Assembly: GCA_027077805.1 (NCBI GenBank)
Contig: JALWTS010000029.1
Location: forward strand, 3,792-67,791
Reading direction: 5' to 3'
Length of the DNA: 64,000 nucleotides
Origin: Gammaproteobacteria bacterium
Lineage (GTDB): Bacteria; Pseudomonadota; Gammaproteobacteria; JABHGC01
Shown: positions 19,210 through 30,091 of the stretch, one piece after another
Layout: every line of letters begins with the position of its first letter
How positions within the stretch are numbered: position 1 is the first letter of the stretch
Program-made: the position numbers and the translations under genes
Notes under the pieces: generated by a model
Database searches by the model: none
What the model was told of the DNA's origin: nothing
Seen by the model: the letters and a program-made list of their open reading frames with translations, nothing else

Positions 19210-19418
19210 CCGTTTTTTTGTCTCCTCTGGCGAAAAGAGTTAAGCAGTATCATTCGATTAAATGGTATAGTAATCAAAAGTCTTAAAAGTTTCAAGCAAA
19301 TCTCTAAATATTTTGTGGCTTTGATATTAATCAGTTTTTTTAGCGGAGGAATTTAAAATTATAATTTTGTCCTTATATAAATCAGTAAGATAAAAGTATT
19401 AAATATGAGGAGAAACTA

Positions 19419-21989
19419 ATGAGAATGGATAAGTTAACGAGCCAGCTACAAAATGCCTTAGCGGATGCTCAAAGTCTCGCTATCGGTAAGGACCATCAAT
19501 TTATTGAGCTAGTGCATTTAATGTTAGCCTTTTTGGATCAATCACAAAGCACTGTGCAACATTTATTTACTCAAATTGGTGTGAATAGTCGCCAGTTACG
19601 AGTCGATTTGACACAGCTCTTAGAACACTTGCCTAGTGTTCAGGGTGGTGCGGGGGATATACATTTATCAAATGAGTTAACTCGAGTATTAAACATTGCC
19701 GATAAATTAAGCCAACAACGTCAAGATAAATTTATTTCAAGTGAATTAGTCGTGTTAGCGATGCTAGAAAGTCAAACGAGTGTCGGTAAATTACTGCAAA
19801 AATCTGGGGTGAATGTTCAAGCAATGGATACTGCCATTGAGGCAATGAGGGGAGGAAAAACAGTGAATGATAGGAATGCGGAGGATCAACGCCAAGCCTT
19901 AGAAAAATATACCATTGATTTAACAGAACGCGCTGAGCAGGGTAAGCTTGATCCTGTTATTGGTCGAGATGATGAAATTCGTCGTACTATTCAAGTATTA
20001 CAACGTCGTACTAAAAATAATCCGGTATTAATTGGGGCACCTGGTGTCGGTAAGACCGCAATTATTGAAGGTTTAGCTCAGCGTGTGATTAATCAAGAAG
20101 TTCCAGAAGGCTTAAAAAATAAACGCATTTTAGCTTTAGATATGGGGGCATTAATTGCGGGGGCAAAATTTCGGGGTGAATTTGAAGAGCGTTTGAAAGC
20201 GGTATTGAATGATTTATCTAAACAACCCGGACAGATTATTTTATTTATTGATGAACTTCATACGATGGTAGGGGCAGGGAAAGCCGAAGGGGCAATGGAT
20301 GCGGGTAATATGTTAAAACCTGCTTTAGCCAGAGGTGAATTGCATTGCGTAGGGGCGACAACCTTAGATGAGTATCGTCAATATGTGGAGAAAGATGCGG
20401 CATTAGAACGTCGTTTCCAAAAAGTGATGGTCAATGAGCCGAGTGTCGAAGATACTATTGCTATTTTACGAGGTCTAAAAGAACGCTATGAAGTGCATCA
20501 TGGGGTTGATGTCACGGATCCTGCGATTGTGGCAGCCGCAACTTTGTCTTATCGCTATATTTCTGATAGACAATTACCGGATAAAGCCATTGATTTAATT
20601 GATGAAGCGGCCAGTCATATTCGGATGGAAATGGATTCTAAACCTGAATCCATGGAGAAACTAGAACGTCGCTTAATCCAATTTAAAATTGAACGTGAAG
20701 CCTTGAAAAAAGAAGCCGATCAAGCCTCTTTAAAACGCTTACAAGACTTAGAAACGGCGATTGTCGATTTAGAGCGACAATATTCGGATTTGGAAGAAAT
20801 TTGGAAAGCTGAAAAGGCGAGTTTACAAGGTTCACATCACATTAAAGAAGAATTAGAACGGGCAAAAATTGATTTGGAAACGGCGAGACGAGCAGGTGAT
20901 TTGGCGAGAATGTCCGAATTACAATATGGTCGTATTCCCGAATTAGTGCAACAATTAGCTTCGGTTACTGAAACTCAAGGACAAGAAAAAAAATTATTGC
21001 GTAATAAAGTCACTGATGAGGAAGTTGCTGAAGTTGTGTCTAAATGGACAGGGATTCCTGTTTCAAAAATGTTGGAAGGGGAAAAAGAAAAATTATTGCA
21101 AATGGAATCGGTATTAAGTAAACAAGTTGTCGGTCAAAATGAAGCCATTCAAGCGGTCAGTGATGCCATTCGACGTTCACGGGCAGGGTTGTCTGATCCG
21201 AATCGTCCTAATGGTTCCTTTTTATTTTTAGGACCAACTGGGGTGGGAAAAACGGAGTTATGTAAAACCTTAGCCGAATTTTTGTTTGATACCCAAGAGG
21301 CAATGGTGAGAATTGATATGTCAGAGTTTATGGAAAAACATTCGGTGGCAAGACTAATTGGGGCACCACCAGGTTATGTGGGGTATGAAGAAGGTGGCTA
21401 TTTAACGGAAGCCGTTAGACGTAAACCTTATTCCGTCATTTTATTAGATGAGGTGGAAAAGGCTCATTACGATGTATTTAATGTTTTATTACAAGTATTA
21501 GATGAGGGTCGTTTAACCGATGGTCAAGGTCGTACGGTTGATTTTCGTCATACAGTGATTGTGATGACCTCGAATTTAGGTTCGGATAAAATTCAAGCAA
21601 TGGCAAATGAATCTTATGACACGCTAAAAGCGAGTGTGATGGAGATTGTCGCACAATATTTTCGTCCTGAATTTATCAATCGGGTTGATGAGACGGTGGT
21701 TTTCCATCCGTTAGGACCATCTCAAATTCGTGCGATTGCCACCCTTCAAATTCAACAACTACGTCAACGTTTAGCCGACAGAGAAATGGAATTAACTATT
21801 ACGGAGGTTGCTTTGGATGAGTTGGGGCAATTAGGTTTTGATCCCGTTTATGGGGCGAGACCATTAAAACGGGTGATACAACAATATTTGGAAAATCCAT
21901 TCGCACAGAAAATTTTAGCAGGTGATTTTGTGGCGAAAGATCATATCACTGTTGATTATCAGAAAGGACAGTTTCGTTTTGCGAAATAG
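19419..21989 (+). CDS. clpB: ATP-dependent disaggregase ClpB
   Basis: Two AAA+ modules ([16 protein letters not shown]), middle coiled coil, GARPLKR. Confidence 0.98.
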   Translation: MRMDKLTSQLQNALADAQSLAIGKDHQFIELVHLMLAFLDQSQSTVQHLFTQIGVNSRQLRVDLTQLLEHLPSVQGGAGDIHLSNELTRVLNIADKLSQQRQDKFISSELVVLAMLESQTSVGKLLQKSGVNVQAMDTAIEAMRGGKTVNDRNAEDQRQALEKYTIDLTERAEQGKLDPVIGRDDEIRRTIQVLQRRTKNNPVLIGAPGVGKTAIIEGLAQRVINQEVPEGLKNKRILALDMGALIAGAKFRGEFEERLKAVLNDLSKQPGQIILFIDELHTMVGAGKAEGAMDAGNMLKPALARGELHCVGATTLDEYRQYVEKDAALERRFQKVMVNEPSVEDTIAILRGLKERYEVHHGVDVTDPAIVAAATLSYRYISDRQLPDKAIDLIDEAASHIRMEMDSKPESMEKLERRLIQFKIEREALKKEADQASLKRLQDLETAIVDLERQYSDLEEIWKAEKASLQGSHHIKEELERAKIDLETARRAGDLARMSELQYGRIPELVQQLASVTETQGQEKKLLRNKVTDEEVAEVVSKWTGIPVSKMLEGEKEKLLQMESVLSKQVVGQNEAIQAVSDAIRRSRAGLSDPNRPNGSFLFLGPTGVGKTELCKTLAEFLFDTQEAMVRIDMSEFMEKHSVARLIGAPPGYVGYEEGGYLTEAVRRKPYSVILLDEVEKAHYDVFNVLLQVLDEGRLTDGQGRTVDFRHTVIVMTSNLGSDKIQAMANESYDTLKASVMEIVAQYFRPEFINRVDETVVFHPLGPSQIRAIATLQIQQLRQRLADREMELTITEVALDELGQLGFDPVYGARPLKRVIQQYLENPFAQKILAGDFVAKDHITVDYQKGQFRFAK

Positions 21990-22030
21990 CTAATGTCATG
22001 ACTGTTGTGTTTCTATGATTCTTTATGAGC

Positions 22031-22055
22031 TGGGGAAAGCAAGTTCCTTTCCCCA
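22031..22055 (+). terminator. Hairpin / probable terminator after clpB
   Basis: TGGGGAAAG-CAAGTTC-CTTTCCCCA; weak U-tract. Confidence 0.5.
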
Positions 22056-22097
22056 TTAGGAGGAGAGATTAGGAGGTTGGCAAAGTAAGCAAAATAA

Positions 22098-22544
22098 GTG
22101 ATAATAGCAATAATCACAGGGTTTTATATTTATTTTGTTATGAATTTAGTCAAACTGACCAAAATTATTTTTTCAATTACCGATATTTTAGCCACAATGT
22201 TAATGTTTAGTTTTGTGTTTTTAGCCGTTGGTTTTCCACAAGTTGCGTCTATTGCAAAAGAATCTCAGTATTCTGAGTCTAGTGTCGTCGTTATTGTTAT
22301 GGTGGGATTATTTTTATTAGGAGCATTCGGTTGTTTTTTAGTGGCACGACGAATCATGGCAGGATTATTTTTATTGTTGCTAACGAGTTTGATTTATGGC
22401 TTTTATTGGTTATGGTTGGCACAGAGTTTTGGTGGCTTTTGGTTTTTAAGTAGCATTTTGGTTTTGAGTATTCCTTGGATAATGAGTGCTATGACCTTAA
22501 AACCGCATGATTCGAATTCGGATGAGATTAATAATCCTACATAA
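22098..22544 (+). CDS. Hypothetical small membrane protein (about 4 TM)
   Basis: Hydrophobic ORF; start uncertain. Confidence 0.55.
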   Translation: MIIAIITGFYIYFVMNLVKLTKIIFSITDILATMLMFSFVFLAVGFPQVASIAKESQYSESSVVVIVMVGLFLLGAFGCFLVARRIMAGLFLLLLTSLIYGFYWLWLAQSFGGFWFLSSILVLSIPWIMSAMTLKPHDSNSDEINNPT

Positions 22545-22620
22545 TCCTATCTTGAGTGAAACTCAAAACTCTTGTATATCAAACATGACCAAAACTTATT
22601 TTTAGATTTTTTCAAAAAAT

Positions 22621-22673
22621 AATTGAACATTGTTCAATTAAGTGCTATCTATTAATAAATGAACAGTGTTTCG
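22621..22673. promoter_or_regulatory. Palindromic operator pair upstream of pspA
   Basis: Perfect AATTGAACA-T-TGTTCAATT (22621-22639) and a second degenerate ATGAACA-G-TGTTTCG (22659-22673). Confidence 0.65.
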
Positions 22674-22739
22674 TTTCTAAATTTCGGATGAACGACACTT
22701 AAAACCATCAATAACTATTTTTATATTAAGGAGCGGAAA

Positions 22740-23402
22740 ATGAGCTTATTTAGACGTATTCATGAGGTGGTGACTGCCAATATCAATGATTTAATTGATA
22801 AAGTTGAAGACCCAGAACGCATGATTAAACAAGTGATTCGTGAAATGGAAGAAAATATTGATCAGGCGAAACAAGGTGTGATCGAGGCAATTGCCAGTGA
22901 AAAGCAGTTATATAAAGAATTAAAATCACATCAAGAGCAAGCAGTTCAGTGGAAGCAAAAAGCGGAAACCGCATTAAAAGCCGATAAAGAAGATTTAGCG
23001 AGAGAAGCATTAATGCGTAAAAAAGAGCATGATAAAATTGCCACTACTTTAGCATCTTCTTGGGCGAGTGCTAAAAATACCAGTGATAGACTTAAATCCC
23101 AATTACAAGCATTGGAGAAAAAACTGGATGAAGCCAAGCAGAAACGTGCGAGTTTAGTGGCAAGACAACGAGCTGCAGAAGCTCATCAACAGATGGATTC
23201 AACCCTAAAGCAATTTGAAAAAGGGAGGGATGCCCAACGTAAATTTGATCGTATGGAAGAGAAAGTTGCGGATATGGAAGCGAGAAGTGAAGCCATTGAT
23301 GAAATTAATCAACAAGCCTCACAATTAGAAAAAGAATTTTGGGCATTAGAAGTGGATCAAGATGTTGAGGATGAACTGGTGGCACTTAAGAAAAATCTTT
23401 AA
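22740..23402 (+). CDS. pspA: PspA/IM30 (ESCRT-III-like) family protein
   Basis: MSLFRRIHEVVTANINDLIDKVEDPERMIKQVIREME; EDLAREAL; FDRMEEKV. Confidence 0.92.
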   Translation: MSLFRRIHEVVTANINDLIDKVEDPERMIKQVIREMEENIDQAKQGVIEAIASEKQLYKELKSHQEQAVQWKQKAETALKADKEDLAREALMRKKEHDKIATTLASSWASAKNTSDRLKSQLQALEKKLDEAKQKRASLVARQRAAEAHQQMDSTLKQFEKGRDAQRKFDRMEEKVADMEARSEAIDEINQQASQLEKEFWALEVDQDVEDELVALKKNL

Positions 23403-23430
23403 TTTTAAATGGTTATGATTCGTATTCCTT

Positions 23431-23465
23431 GAGGGCAGATTAAAACAATATTTGCCCTTATTTTA
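23431..23465 (+). terminator. Stem-loop between pspA and the downstream membrane genes
   Basis: GAGGGCAGAT / ATTTGCCCTT stem (2 G-U pairs) followed by ATTTT, just before the AGGAG RBS. Confidence 0.5.
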
Positions 23466-23475
23466 GGAGAGGACA

Positions 23476-26079
23476 ATGGGTTGGTTAGTTGCAATGGTTT
23501 TGGGGATATTATTTTGGCAAGCACAATTACAAATAAAAAAATTAAAACATCGGCAACAAAAAACTCAAGCGGAATCAAAAGGGTATCAAGCGCTTTCTGA
23601 TCTGATTTTATTACGTTTAGAATGTCAGCGTTTACAGACCTTAATCAAAGAGTCATCTGAGATTGATGTTGAGATTGATAATTCTGATTTATATCAATAT
23701 TGCCAAAATATTATTAACAAAATTGACCAATTATGGATGGAAAACTTAGCATCATTTGGTGCGGAAGTGGAACAATTATTATGGAAAGAGCGGCGACAGA
23801 TTGCTTGGCATTTATTACAGCAACAAAGCCATTTATCAAAATTAAACTTAAACTATTCACGACCGCCTTGGGTATTACTGGAATCAGAATTCCAGTCAAC
23901 ACCCTATCCATTATCACCGGTGCAATTAGAATTGGATTTCGAACGAAAACCTCAGTCTCAAATATTATTCACACCAACTGAAGCTGAGTTAAAACCAGAC
24001 ATGATAGCACTTGAAGTTCCAATTGAATCGAAAGTTGGAATTGCTACCGTTGAACCTGATACTAACGTTAAAACTGAGATTGAGCCTATTGATAATATCA
24101 AGCCAGAAACCAATCAACTTCTTGATACTAAAGTTGAAACTGAAATTCAAGTCCATCCCCCAAAAATTACAGAACCGGCACCCCCAAGTGCTTTAGAACA
24201 AATGATGCACAAAGTATCCGGTTGGTCATCCTTATTATTACCCTTTCTACAGCAAAATATTGGTTGGTTTTTAGGTGGATTTTGCTTTTTAGCAGGGTCA
24301 ATTTTCTTAGCGACTTATACCACTGGTTTGGTCAGTAATTTAGTCGTATTTTTAACGTTATTTGCTTATACCGTGTTTTTAGCATGGGCAGGTTATCAAT
24401 TACAAAAACATCGACCAGAGTTAAGTACAGCCAGTCGAGTGTTAATGATTTTAAGTGCCTTATTAATGCCACTAAATTTTACGGCAAGTGTTCGCTTTGT
24501 CGCACTATCTGACTCAATAGAGGCAATATTATTAAGCGGTTTGAGTTGGGCCTTAAGCGTGGCAGTATTTTATTATTTGTTAATGCTCATATCAGGATTA
24601 ATTGACCGAAACTTATCCTTATTACATGCGAGTTTATTTTTATTATTATCAGGATTACAAATCGTTTTACCTTTAACCCATGATTCACTGTTTTTTTTAA
24701 TGATGGCTCATTTGGTTTTATTTGTTGCCTTAAGTTATGGTTTTTTAAAGTTTTCTAATCAATGGATGCTACAAATTTTTGTAGAGCAAAAGGCCATGAC
24801 TTATTATGCCATTGGTAGTTTAGTTTATGCCACATTCGTTTCGTTTATTCATATGACTTGGTCATCTTCCGTCACCTTACCTCAAGGTTATCCCGCCCCT
24901 TTTATTATGTTATTCGTGGGGTTTGGTTTTTATTTAGACGCGGAATTTAAACAATGGACTAAACAGTCAGTTTTTTTCTCTAAAATCAATTTTTTATTAT
25001 ATGGCCTCTCTGTTTTTGCTTTACTACTGATCTGGTATGGTAAAGACTTTCAAATGATTACCTTGTTGGTAGGATTAATGGTTTATGCCATGCTGATATG
25101 GAAATATTTAAGTTTAGTCCCTTTATATTTATTTTTGTTATGTAGTGCTTGGTTATATGATTTACTTGTACTGCAATGGTTGGCATTGCAATGGTTTTTT
25201 ATCTCAGGATTACCCTTATTATTAACCATTGTTGCCTTAACTCGACTTGCGGAACATCGTCGGGCTTGGGCATTTGTTCAAGTTTTAAGTTTTTTCAATG
25301 GACTAAGTTTTGGTTTATTATTCGGTCTCAGTCTAGTATTTTCTCAACCGAGTTATATTGCCATGTTGACCATTGCGATTGCATGGTTTGGAATTTGGAG
25401 GGGGTTATCCAGAGTACCAAAATTTGAGACGACTATCCAAGGGGTGAGCTGTGAATGGCACAATAAAAGCCAAACCCGATGGTTATATATCATCCCCGTG
25501 GGGATGGCTTTATTTTTGGCTTATATGCCAATGGATTCTGACGATAAATTATTGGTTTTATTGATCACCAGTTTATTATGCTCTTATTGGGGGGCTAAGA
25601 TTTATTCCCATCATAAATTTTTATGGCAAACCTCCGCATCGGTTGAGTCTGTGGAATCTAGTGTTGTCATTGATAAACGTAGCGAGGTTTGGTTAAACAC
25701 AGCATTGCTTGGGTTTTTAGTCGTATTTGCGTGGATTTTATTGTTAGCAGTACAAGTCCCGAATTATCATGCCATACCCATCATATGGGCATTATTGTTA
25801 ATGGTGATGGCATGGAATTTATTATGGTTAAGTTTAGTACTGCAAGTACAGTGGTTTGTGTATGCCTTTTTAGTTTATATTACGCCAGCCTTGTTGGTAA
25901 TGAAATGGCAATATTTTCCTAGTTCTACAAAATCGGGTTTAGGGGCAATGTTATTAGCAATACTTGTTGCCGTTTGCTTAGTTTGGTTGCAACGGCGTAG
26001 TGCTTCCGAAGTCGTAAACAACTCTTATCCACCCTTGACACTATTCGCTTATCCTTTGGAGCAAAATCGTGAATACTAA
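23476..26079 (+). CDS. Large polytopic membrane protein (DUF2157/DUF2339-like N-terminal half)
   Basis: 867 aa; N-terminal TM and coiled coil, Pro/Glu-rich linker, then many TM helices from FLQQNIGWFLGGFCFLAGS. Confidence 0.75.
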   Translation: MGWLVAMVLGILFWQAQLQIKKLKHRQQKTQAESKGYQALSDLILLRLECQRLQTLIKESSEIDVEIDNSDLYQYCQNIINKIDQLWMENLASFGAEVEQLLWKERRQIAWHLLQQQSHLSKLNLNYSRPPWVLLESEFQSTPYPLSPVQLELDFERKPQSQILFTPTEAELKPDMIALEVPIESKVGIATVEPDTNVKTEIEPIDNIKPETNQLLDTKVETEIQVHPPKITEPAPPSALEQMMHKVSGWSSLLLPFLQQNIGWFLGGFCFLAGSIFLATYTTGLVSNLVVFLTLFAYTVFLAWAGYQLQKHRPELSTASRVLMILSALLMPLNFTASVRFVALSDSIEAILLSGLSWALSVAVFYYLLMLISGLIDRNLSLLHASLFLLLSGLQIVLPLTHDSLFFLMMAHLVLFVALSYGFLKFSNQWMLQIFVEQKAMTYYAIGSLVYATFVSFIHMTWSSSVTLPQGYPAPFIMLFVGFGFYLDAEFKQWTKQSVFFSKINFLLYGLSVFALLLIWYGKDFQMITLLVGLMVYAMLIWKYLSLVPLYLFLLCSAWLYDLLVLQWLALQWFFISGLPLLLTIVALTRLAEHRRAWAFVQVLSFFNGLSFGLLFGLSLVFSQPSYIAMLTIAIAWFGIWRGLSRVPKFETTIQGVSCEWHNKSQTRWLYIIPVGMALFLAYMPMDSDDKLLVLLITSLLCSYWGAKIYSHHKFLWQTSASVESVESSVVIDKRSEVWLNTALLGFLVVFAWILLLAVQVPNYHAIPIIWALLLMVMAWNLLWLSLVLQVQWFVYAFLVYITPALLVMKWQYFPSSTKSGLGAMLLAILVAVCLVWLQRRSASEVVNNSYPPLTLFAYPLEQNREY

Positions 26080-29000
26080 TATTTTAAGACAGCCATTTGA
26101 ATATGCCTTATGGCTGATTTGGGGGAGTGGTTTATTAAGAATGATGTTGGCAGAAACGAGTGATTCTTATTCTTGGTTATTTGCCATGATATTAGCAGGT
26201 TTCGTCACGATTTTTATGGCGGGTTATTTTCGACAATTACAATTGTTACCCATTGCGGTTGGTTTATTTGCAATGGTGTGGTTAGCCTTTTTATGGGAGA
26301 AACAGTGGTGGTCAAGTCATCTTGGAATGGCATTGGCGTTAATGTTGTATGTCAATTTATTGTGGTCAGGAACCATGTGGCTATTAGCTTATCCTAAGTT
26401 TAAACAAGGATTGGCACTTTTAAATTTTCAAGGCAATTATACCGAAGCTGGGGGGAAAAACTTAGCGGTTAAATATATTCACTGGACAGCAATGATCTTA
26501 ATGTTCGCTACTGTGATTATTACCATAAGTGAGCCTGCGGATCATGCTTTATATAAAGGATTAACCATTAGTTTGGCTATGTTATTTTTGTTTTGTGCGG
26601 GGCAATATTTACAGCAAGAATTACATAGTTATTTATTACTCGGTTTCGCCGCGTTTTTAGTGTTAGTTTTATCACTGAAAGCCGGCATTTATTTTGTTGT
26701 TTTCGCCAATATTTATTTATTATTTCGTTATCTTTTGCCCAGTCAAAAAACTTGGGGTTTAGATTTCTCACTTTATCAGTATGCTTTACCTAGAACAGCC
26801 GTTGCTTTGACGTTAATTGCGAGTATTCATCCTTTAATCGCAGTATTGGTCCCTCATTCTTTATATACAACTCCCTTCACCACAACCACCCTCATCTTAA
26901 TCCCCCTCACCCTATTCGCAAGCAATTACTATCTCAAAAAAAAATGGTTAACCTTTATTACCGTCAGTTTTGCCTTGTGGAGTATGAGTTGGTTGATAGG
27001 TTGGTGGGGAATGGATTTTGTGTTGTATCTATGGCAAGTACCAAGCACGAAAACTTGGTTAATTATTAGCATCATGGCATGGCTACTAAGTAATATTAAC
27101 CATTTGACTATGATTAAACGTTCTGATTATTACCAAGCCATTCAATGGCATGTATTATTTTTAATCATTGTTAGTAGTATAGGAGCGATTATTACTTTAT
27201 CAGAACGACAACGTATTGAACTGAGTCATCTTAATTTAACATTAGTGTTTATTATCCTTACAGCAGCAATGTGGCCATTTTGTCATATTTTTGGCAGATT
27301 TATCTCAGGATGGCGTGGTTTGTCAATGGCAATATTTGCTAGTCTTGCTTGGGGGAGTGTTGTTTTATGGCAGAGTTGGTGGCCATGGGCAATTTGGGCA
27401 GTGGTTTTATGGTTTGCTCAAAACTTTGTTTTAGCAAAATATGAAAAATTAATGGAAGTAAAAAGCTTTTCTTTGTTAGGAGCAGGATTGATTTTAGCAA
27501 GTAGTAGCCTACTACAATCCAATGATTGGATGGCATATGTATTATTTGTCCTTGTTTATCTTATACTCTTATTACGAAACTTTTATTGGGTGGGTTTGCC
27601 AATTTTAATTGGCATTGGTTTATTCGTATTACCATTAGTTGGCATTTATTCTTATCTTGATTTTGAGTTGTACCAATCCAATTGGTATAGGATTTTTACT
27701 TTGATAACCGCTTATTTATTATGGCTAAACTTGCTATGGTGGTTAATTCCATTAGAATCCAAATGGCAAGCCGTATTAAGTCGTTGGGGATGGCAAGATT
27801 TTTCATTAAAATTACCGATTGTTACGTTTTCAATCACGCTATTAGTGGCATTGCCATTTGGAATACTGGCATTAATAATTGAGCAAAATCAACGAGGACA
27901 AGCAGAAAGTGTTGCTATTATTGCTAGCTTATTATTGTTATTTTCATTTTGGCGTTGGCAAACCCAAACGTATTTAAACGCTTTTATTGGAATTAAAGTC
28001 TTATCCTTACTAACCGTTTTTATACTCAATGCCAGTATTTGGCAATGGTTTGGAGGTTCTTTATTATCGCCATTGTTTTGGGTAGCTTCCGCGATATTTA
28101 GTTGGGGACTACGGCAATATCCCATTAAAAAGTACTTTGCTAAGTTTGACTTAGAATTAGCCATTTATTTAAGTTTTGTGCTGACTTGGATTTGTTTCAT
28201 TCTGTCTCCATCATCATGGCAACAAATCTTTATTAGCCTAGTGGGTTTAATGGTCGTGTCAATTTTAATGGCAATTTCGCAACAAAAATCACATTGGCTG
28301 TGGAGTTCAGCCATTATCATGTTATTGCTATTACACGCATGGCCATTATTATGGGTAGATACCCAATATATTCCTCATTTATGGTCGTTGTATAGTTTAG
28401 AAATTGTAGGACTAGCTTGGGGATTATATTTTTTACCAACATTTCTACCATCATTCCAAAAAACTCAGCCATTGTTATTAGCGATTGCGATAATCGAATG
28501 GTTAGCGCATTTAATGTTAGTCGTATTTTTATACGATCATGGACAGAGTATTTGGCATTTTGGTTGGATTGAAAGTGGCTTAGCAGTGATTGCTATAACT
28601 GGTTTCGCTTGCTTTTTTGGCTGGCAATGGTTACGCAGTGATAACTCTCAAGAGGTTACTGAAAGTTTCACGTTGATTTCAAGCCTGTTATTGATAGTCT
28701 ATTTGCGATTATTATGGTTAGGACTACAAGCCATTAGTGTTTGGGATACGGCAATGATGATGGTAATGGCTTATCTCTTACTTGCGCTACAACACTGGAA
28801 ACCTATTGCGAATATCTGGTTTTACTTGCTACCTATATTAGCCGTTGCTTCCGTCCCAATACAGTTAGCATCAATGAGTACTACCATTGTACTCATAACC
28901 GTTGCCGTATTTTACGGTTTTCTTAATTATCATCAAGAACAACCATCCGCCCATAATTTCTCCCCCACATGGGGGGGACTACCGTTTTATTTCGCCTTGT

Positions 29001-29497
29001 TTGCCATTAATATGGCGTGTTATTTATGGATTCCAATATGGGTACAACAAACGAATTTGTTACAAATGTATTTAATTCCTGTCTCATTAAGTGTGTTATT
29101 GTTAGCTCATTTACATCGCCAAGAACTAAAATCAAACGTATTGATGGCGACTCGGTTGCTGGCTTTAAGTGTCTTTTATGCCAGTGCGACTTTAGATGTA
29201 TTTTTACAACAACAATTTTTAGTATTTTTGTTAGCACTAGGCATTAGCTTTTTGGGCATTATTATTGGAATTGCTTTGAGAATTAAAATCTTTTTATATA
29301 CCGGCACCGCATTTTTAGTCTTAAATGTCTTAGGTCAACTCATTCAATTTTATCCAGAGCAACGTTTAGCGAAGGCTTTCGTATTAATGGGCTTAGGAGT
29401 GGTGATTACCGCAGGAATGATAGGTTTCCAAATTAAAAAAGAACAAATTATGCAAAAAATTCGGATTATTCGGGCTGATTTAGCCGAGTGGGATTAA
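26069..29497 (+). CDS. Very large Trp-rich polytopic membrane protein (SCO7613-like C-terminus)
   Basis: 1142 aa, almost all TM; ends GIALRIKIFLYTGTAFL...RADLAEWD; GTG start with GGAG RBS, overlapping the upstream stop. Confidence 0.75.
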   Translation: MNTNILRQPFEYALWLIWGSGLLRMMLAETSDSYSWLFAMILAGFVTIFMAGYFRQLQLLPIAVGLFAMVWLAFLWEKQWWSSHLGMALALMLYVNLLWSGTMWLLAYPKFKQGLALLNFQGNYTEAGGKNLAVKYIHWTAMILMFATVIITISEPADHALYKGLTISLAMLFLFCAGQYLQQELHSYLLLGFAAFLVLVLSLKAGIYFVVFANIYLLFRYLLPSQKTWGLDFSLYQYALPRTAVALTLIASIHPLIAVLVPHSLYTTPFTTTTLILIPLTLFASNYYLKKKWLTFITVSFALWSMSWLIGWWGMDFVLYLWQVPSTKTWLIISIMAWLLSNINHLTMIKRSDYYQAIQWHVLFLIIVSSIGAIITLSERQRIELSHLNLTLVFIILTAAMWPFCHIFGRFISGWRGLSMAIFASLAWGSVVLWQSWWPWAIWAVVLWFAQNFVLAKYEKLMEVKSFSLLGAGLILASSSLLQSNDWMAYVLFVLVYLILLLRNFYWVGLPILIGIGLFVLPLVGIYSYLDFELYQSNWYRIFTLITAYLLWLNLLWWLIPLESKWQAVLSRWGWQDFSLKLPIVTFSITLLVALPFGILALIIEQNQRGQAESVAIIASLLLLFSFWRWQTQTYLNAFIGIKVLSLLTVFILNASIWQWFGGSLLSPLFWVASAIFSWGLRQYPIKKYFAKFDLELAIYLSFVLTWICFILSPSSWQQIFISLVGLMVVSILMAISQQKSHWLWSSAIIMLLLLHAWPLLWVDTQYIPHLWSLYSLEIVGLAWGLYFLPTFLPSFQKTQPLLLAIAIIEWLAHLMLVVFLYDHGQSIWHFGWIESGLAVIAITGFACFFGWQWLRSDNSQEVTESFTLISSLLLIVYLRLLWLGLQAISVWDTAMMMVMAYLLLALQHWKPIANIWFYLLPILAVASVPIQLASMSTTIVLITVAVFYGFLNYHQEQPSAHNFSPTWGGLPFYFALFAINMACYLWIPIWVQQTNLLQMYLIPVSLSVLLLAHLHRQELKSNVLMATRLLALSVFYASATLDVFLQQQFLVFLLALGISFLGIIIGIALRIKIFLYTGTAFLVLNVLGQLIQFYPEQRLAKAFVLMGLGVVITAGMIGFQIKKEQIMQKIRIIRADLAEWD

Positions 29498-29531
29498 AAA
29501 TGATAAGACGTAATTATAATGATTTCATTCG

Positions 29532-29609
29532 CTATTTCCTTATTTTCTTCAATAAAAATGCACTCGCACTGCCAACAGCAATGACGAAAATATCATAATG
29601 TATTTTCAT
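29532..29609 (-). pseudogene. Possible N-terminal remnant of an FAD-dependent disulfide oxidoreductase
   Basis: MKIHYDIFVIAVGSA resembles YDLFVIGAGSGG; IEENK follows in a shifted frame. Confidence 0.3.
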
Positions 29610-29749
29610 GTGAGCAAGTTTTTCTGTTAAAATTAAGAAGATTATAAAATTTTAGAGTTGAATAACCTTGATTCAACGGAATAAAACCGTCAACTTAAAC
29701 GAAACCTAAACCAAGATTTTTAAAAAAACAAAGGAACTCACAGGAAACC

Positions 29750-30073
29750 ATGGCAAATTCAACTTCTTTTTCCTCCTATTATCCAATGTTCCTAATTTTT
29801 ATAGTATTTGCTATAATACCCGCAACGGCTAATAGTATTGATATTGCGGATATTGAACGGGGGAAATTATTATATGGCAATTACTGCAAGGAATGTCATG
29901 ATCCTTGGAGACACTCTCGTCAAGAGAGTGAGATTAAAACACCAACCGATTTAAAACGACGCATTATTGGTTGGCAAGTTCATAAAAACTTGTCATGGCA
30001 AGCACAAGATGTCAATGATGTTTATCACTATCTTAATCAACAATATTATCATTTTAATAGAACACAACAATAA
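29750..30073 (+). CDS. Small monoheme c-type cytochrome
   Basis: Signal peptide; RGKLLYGNYCKECH (CxxCH); YLNQQYYHF. Confidence 0.85.
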   Translation: MANSTSFSSYYPMFLIFIVFAIIPATANSIDIADIERGKLLYGNYCKECHDPWRHSRQESEIKTPTDLKRRIIGWQVHKNLSWQAQDVNDVYHYLNQQYYHFNRTQQ

Positions 30074-30091
30074 ATAAGGGGAACGTAAACA

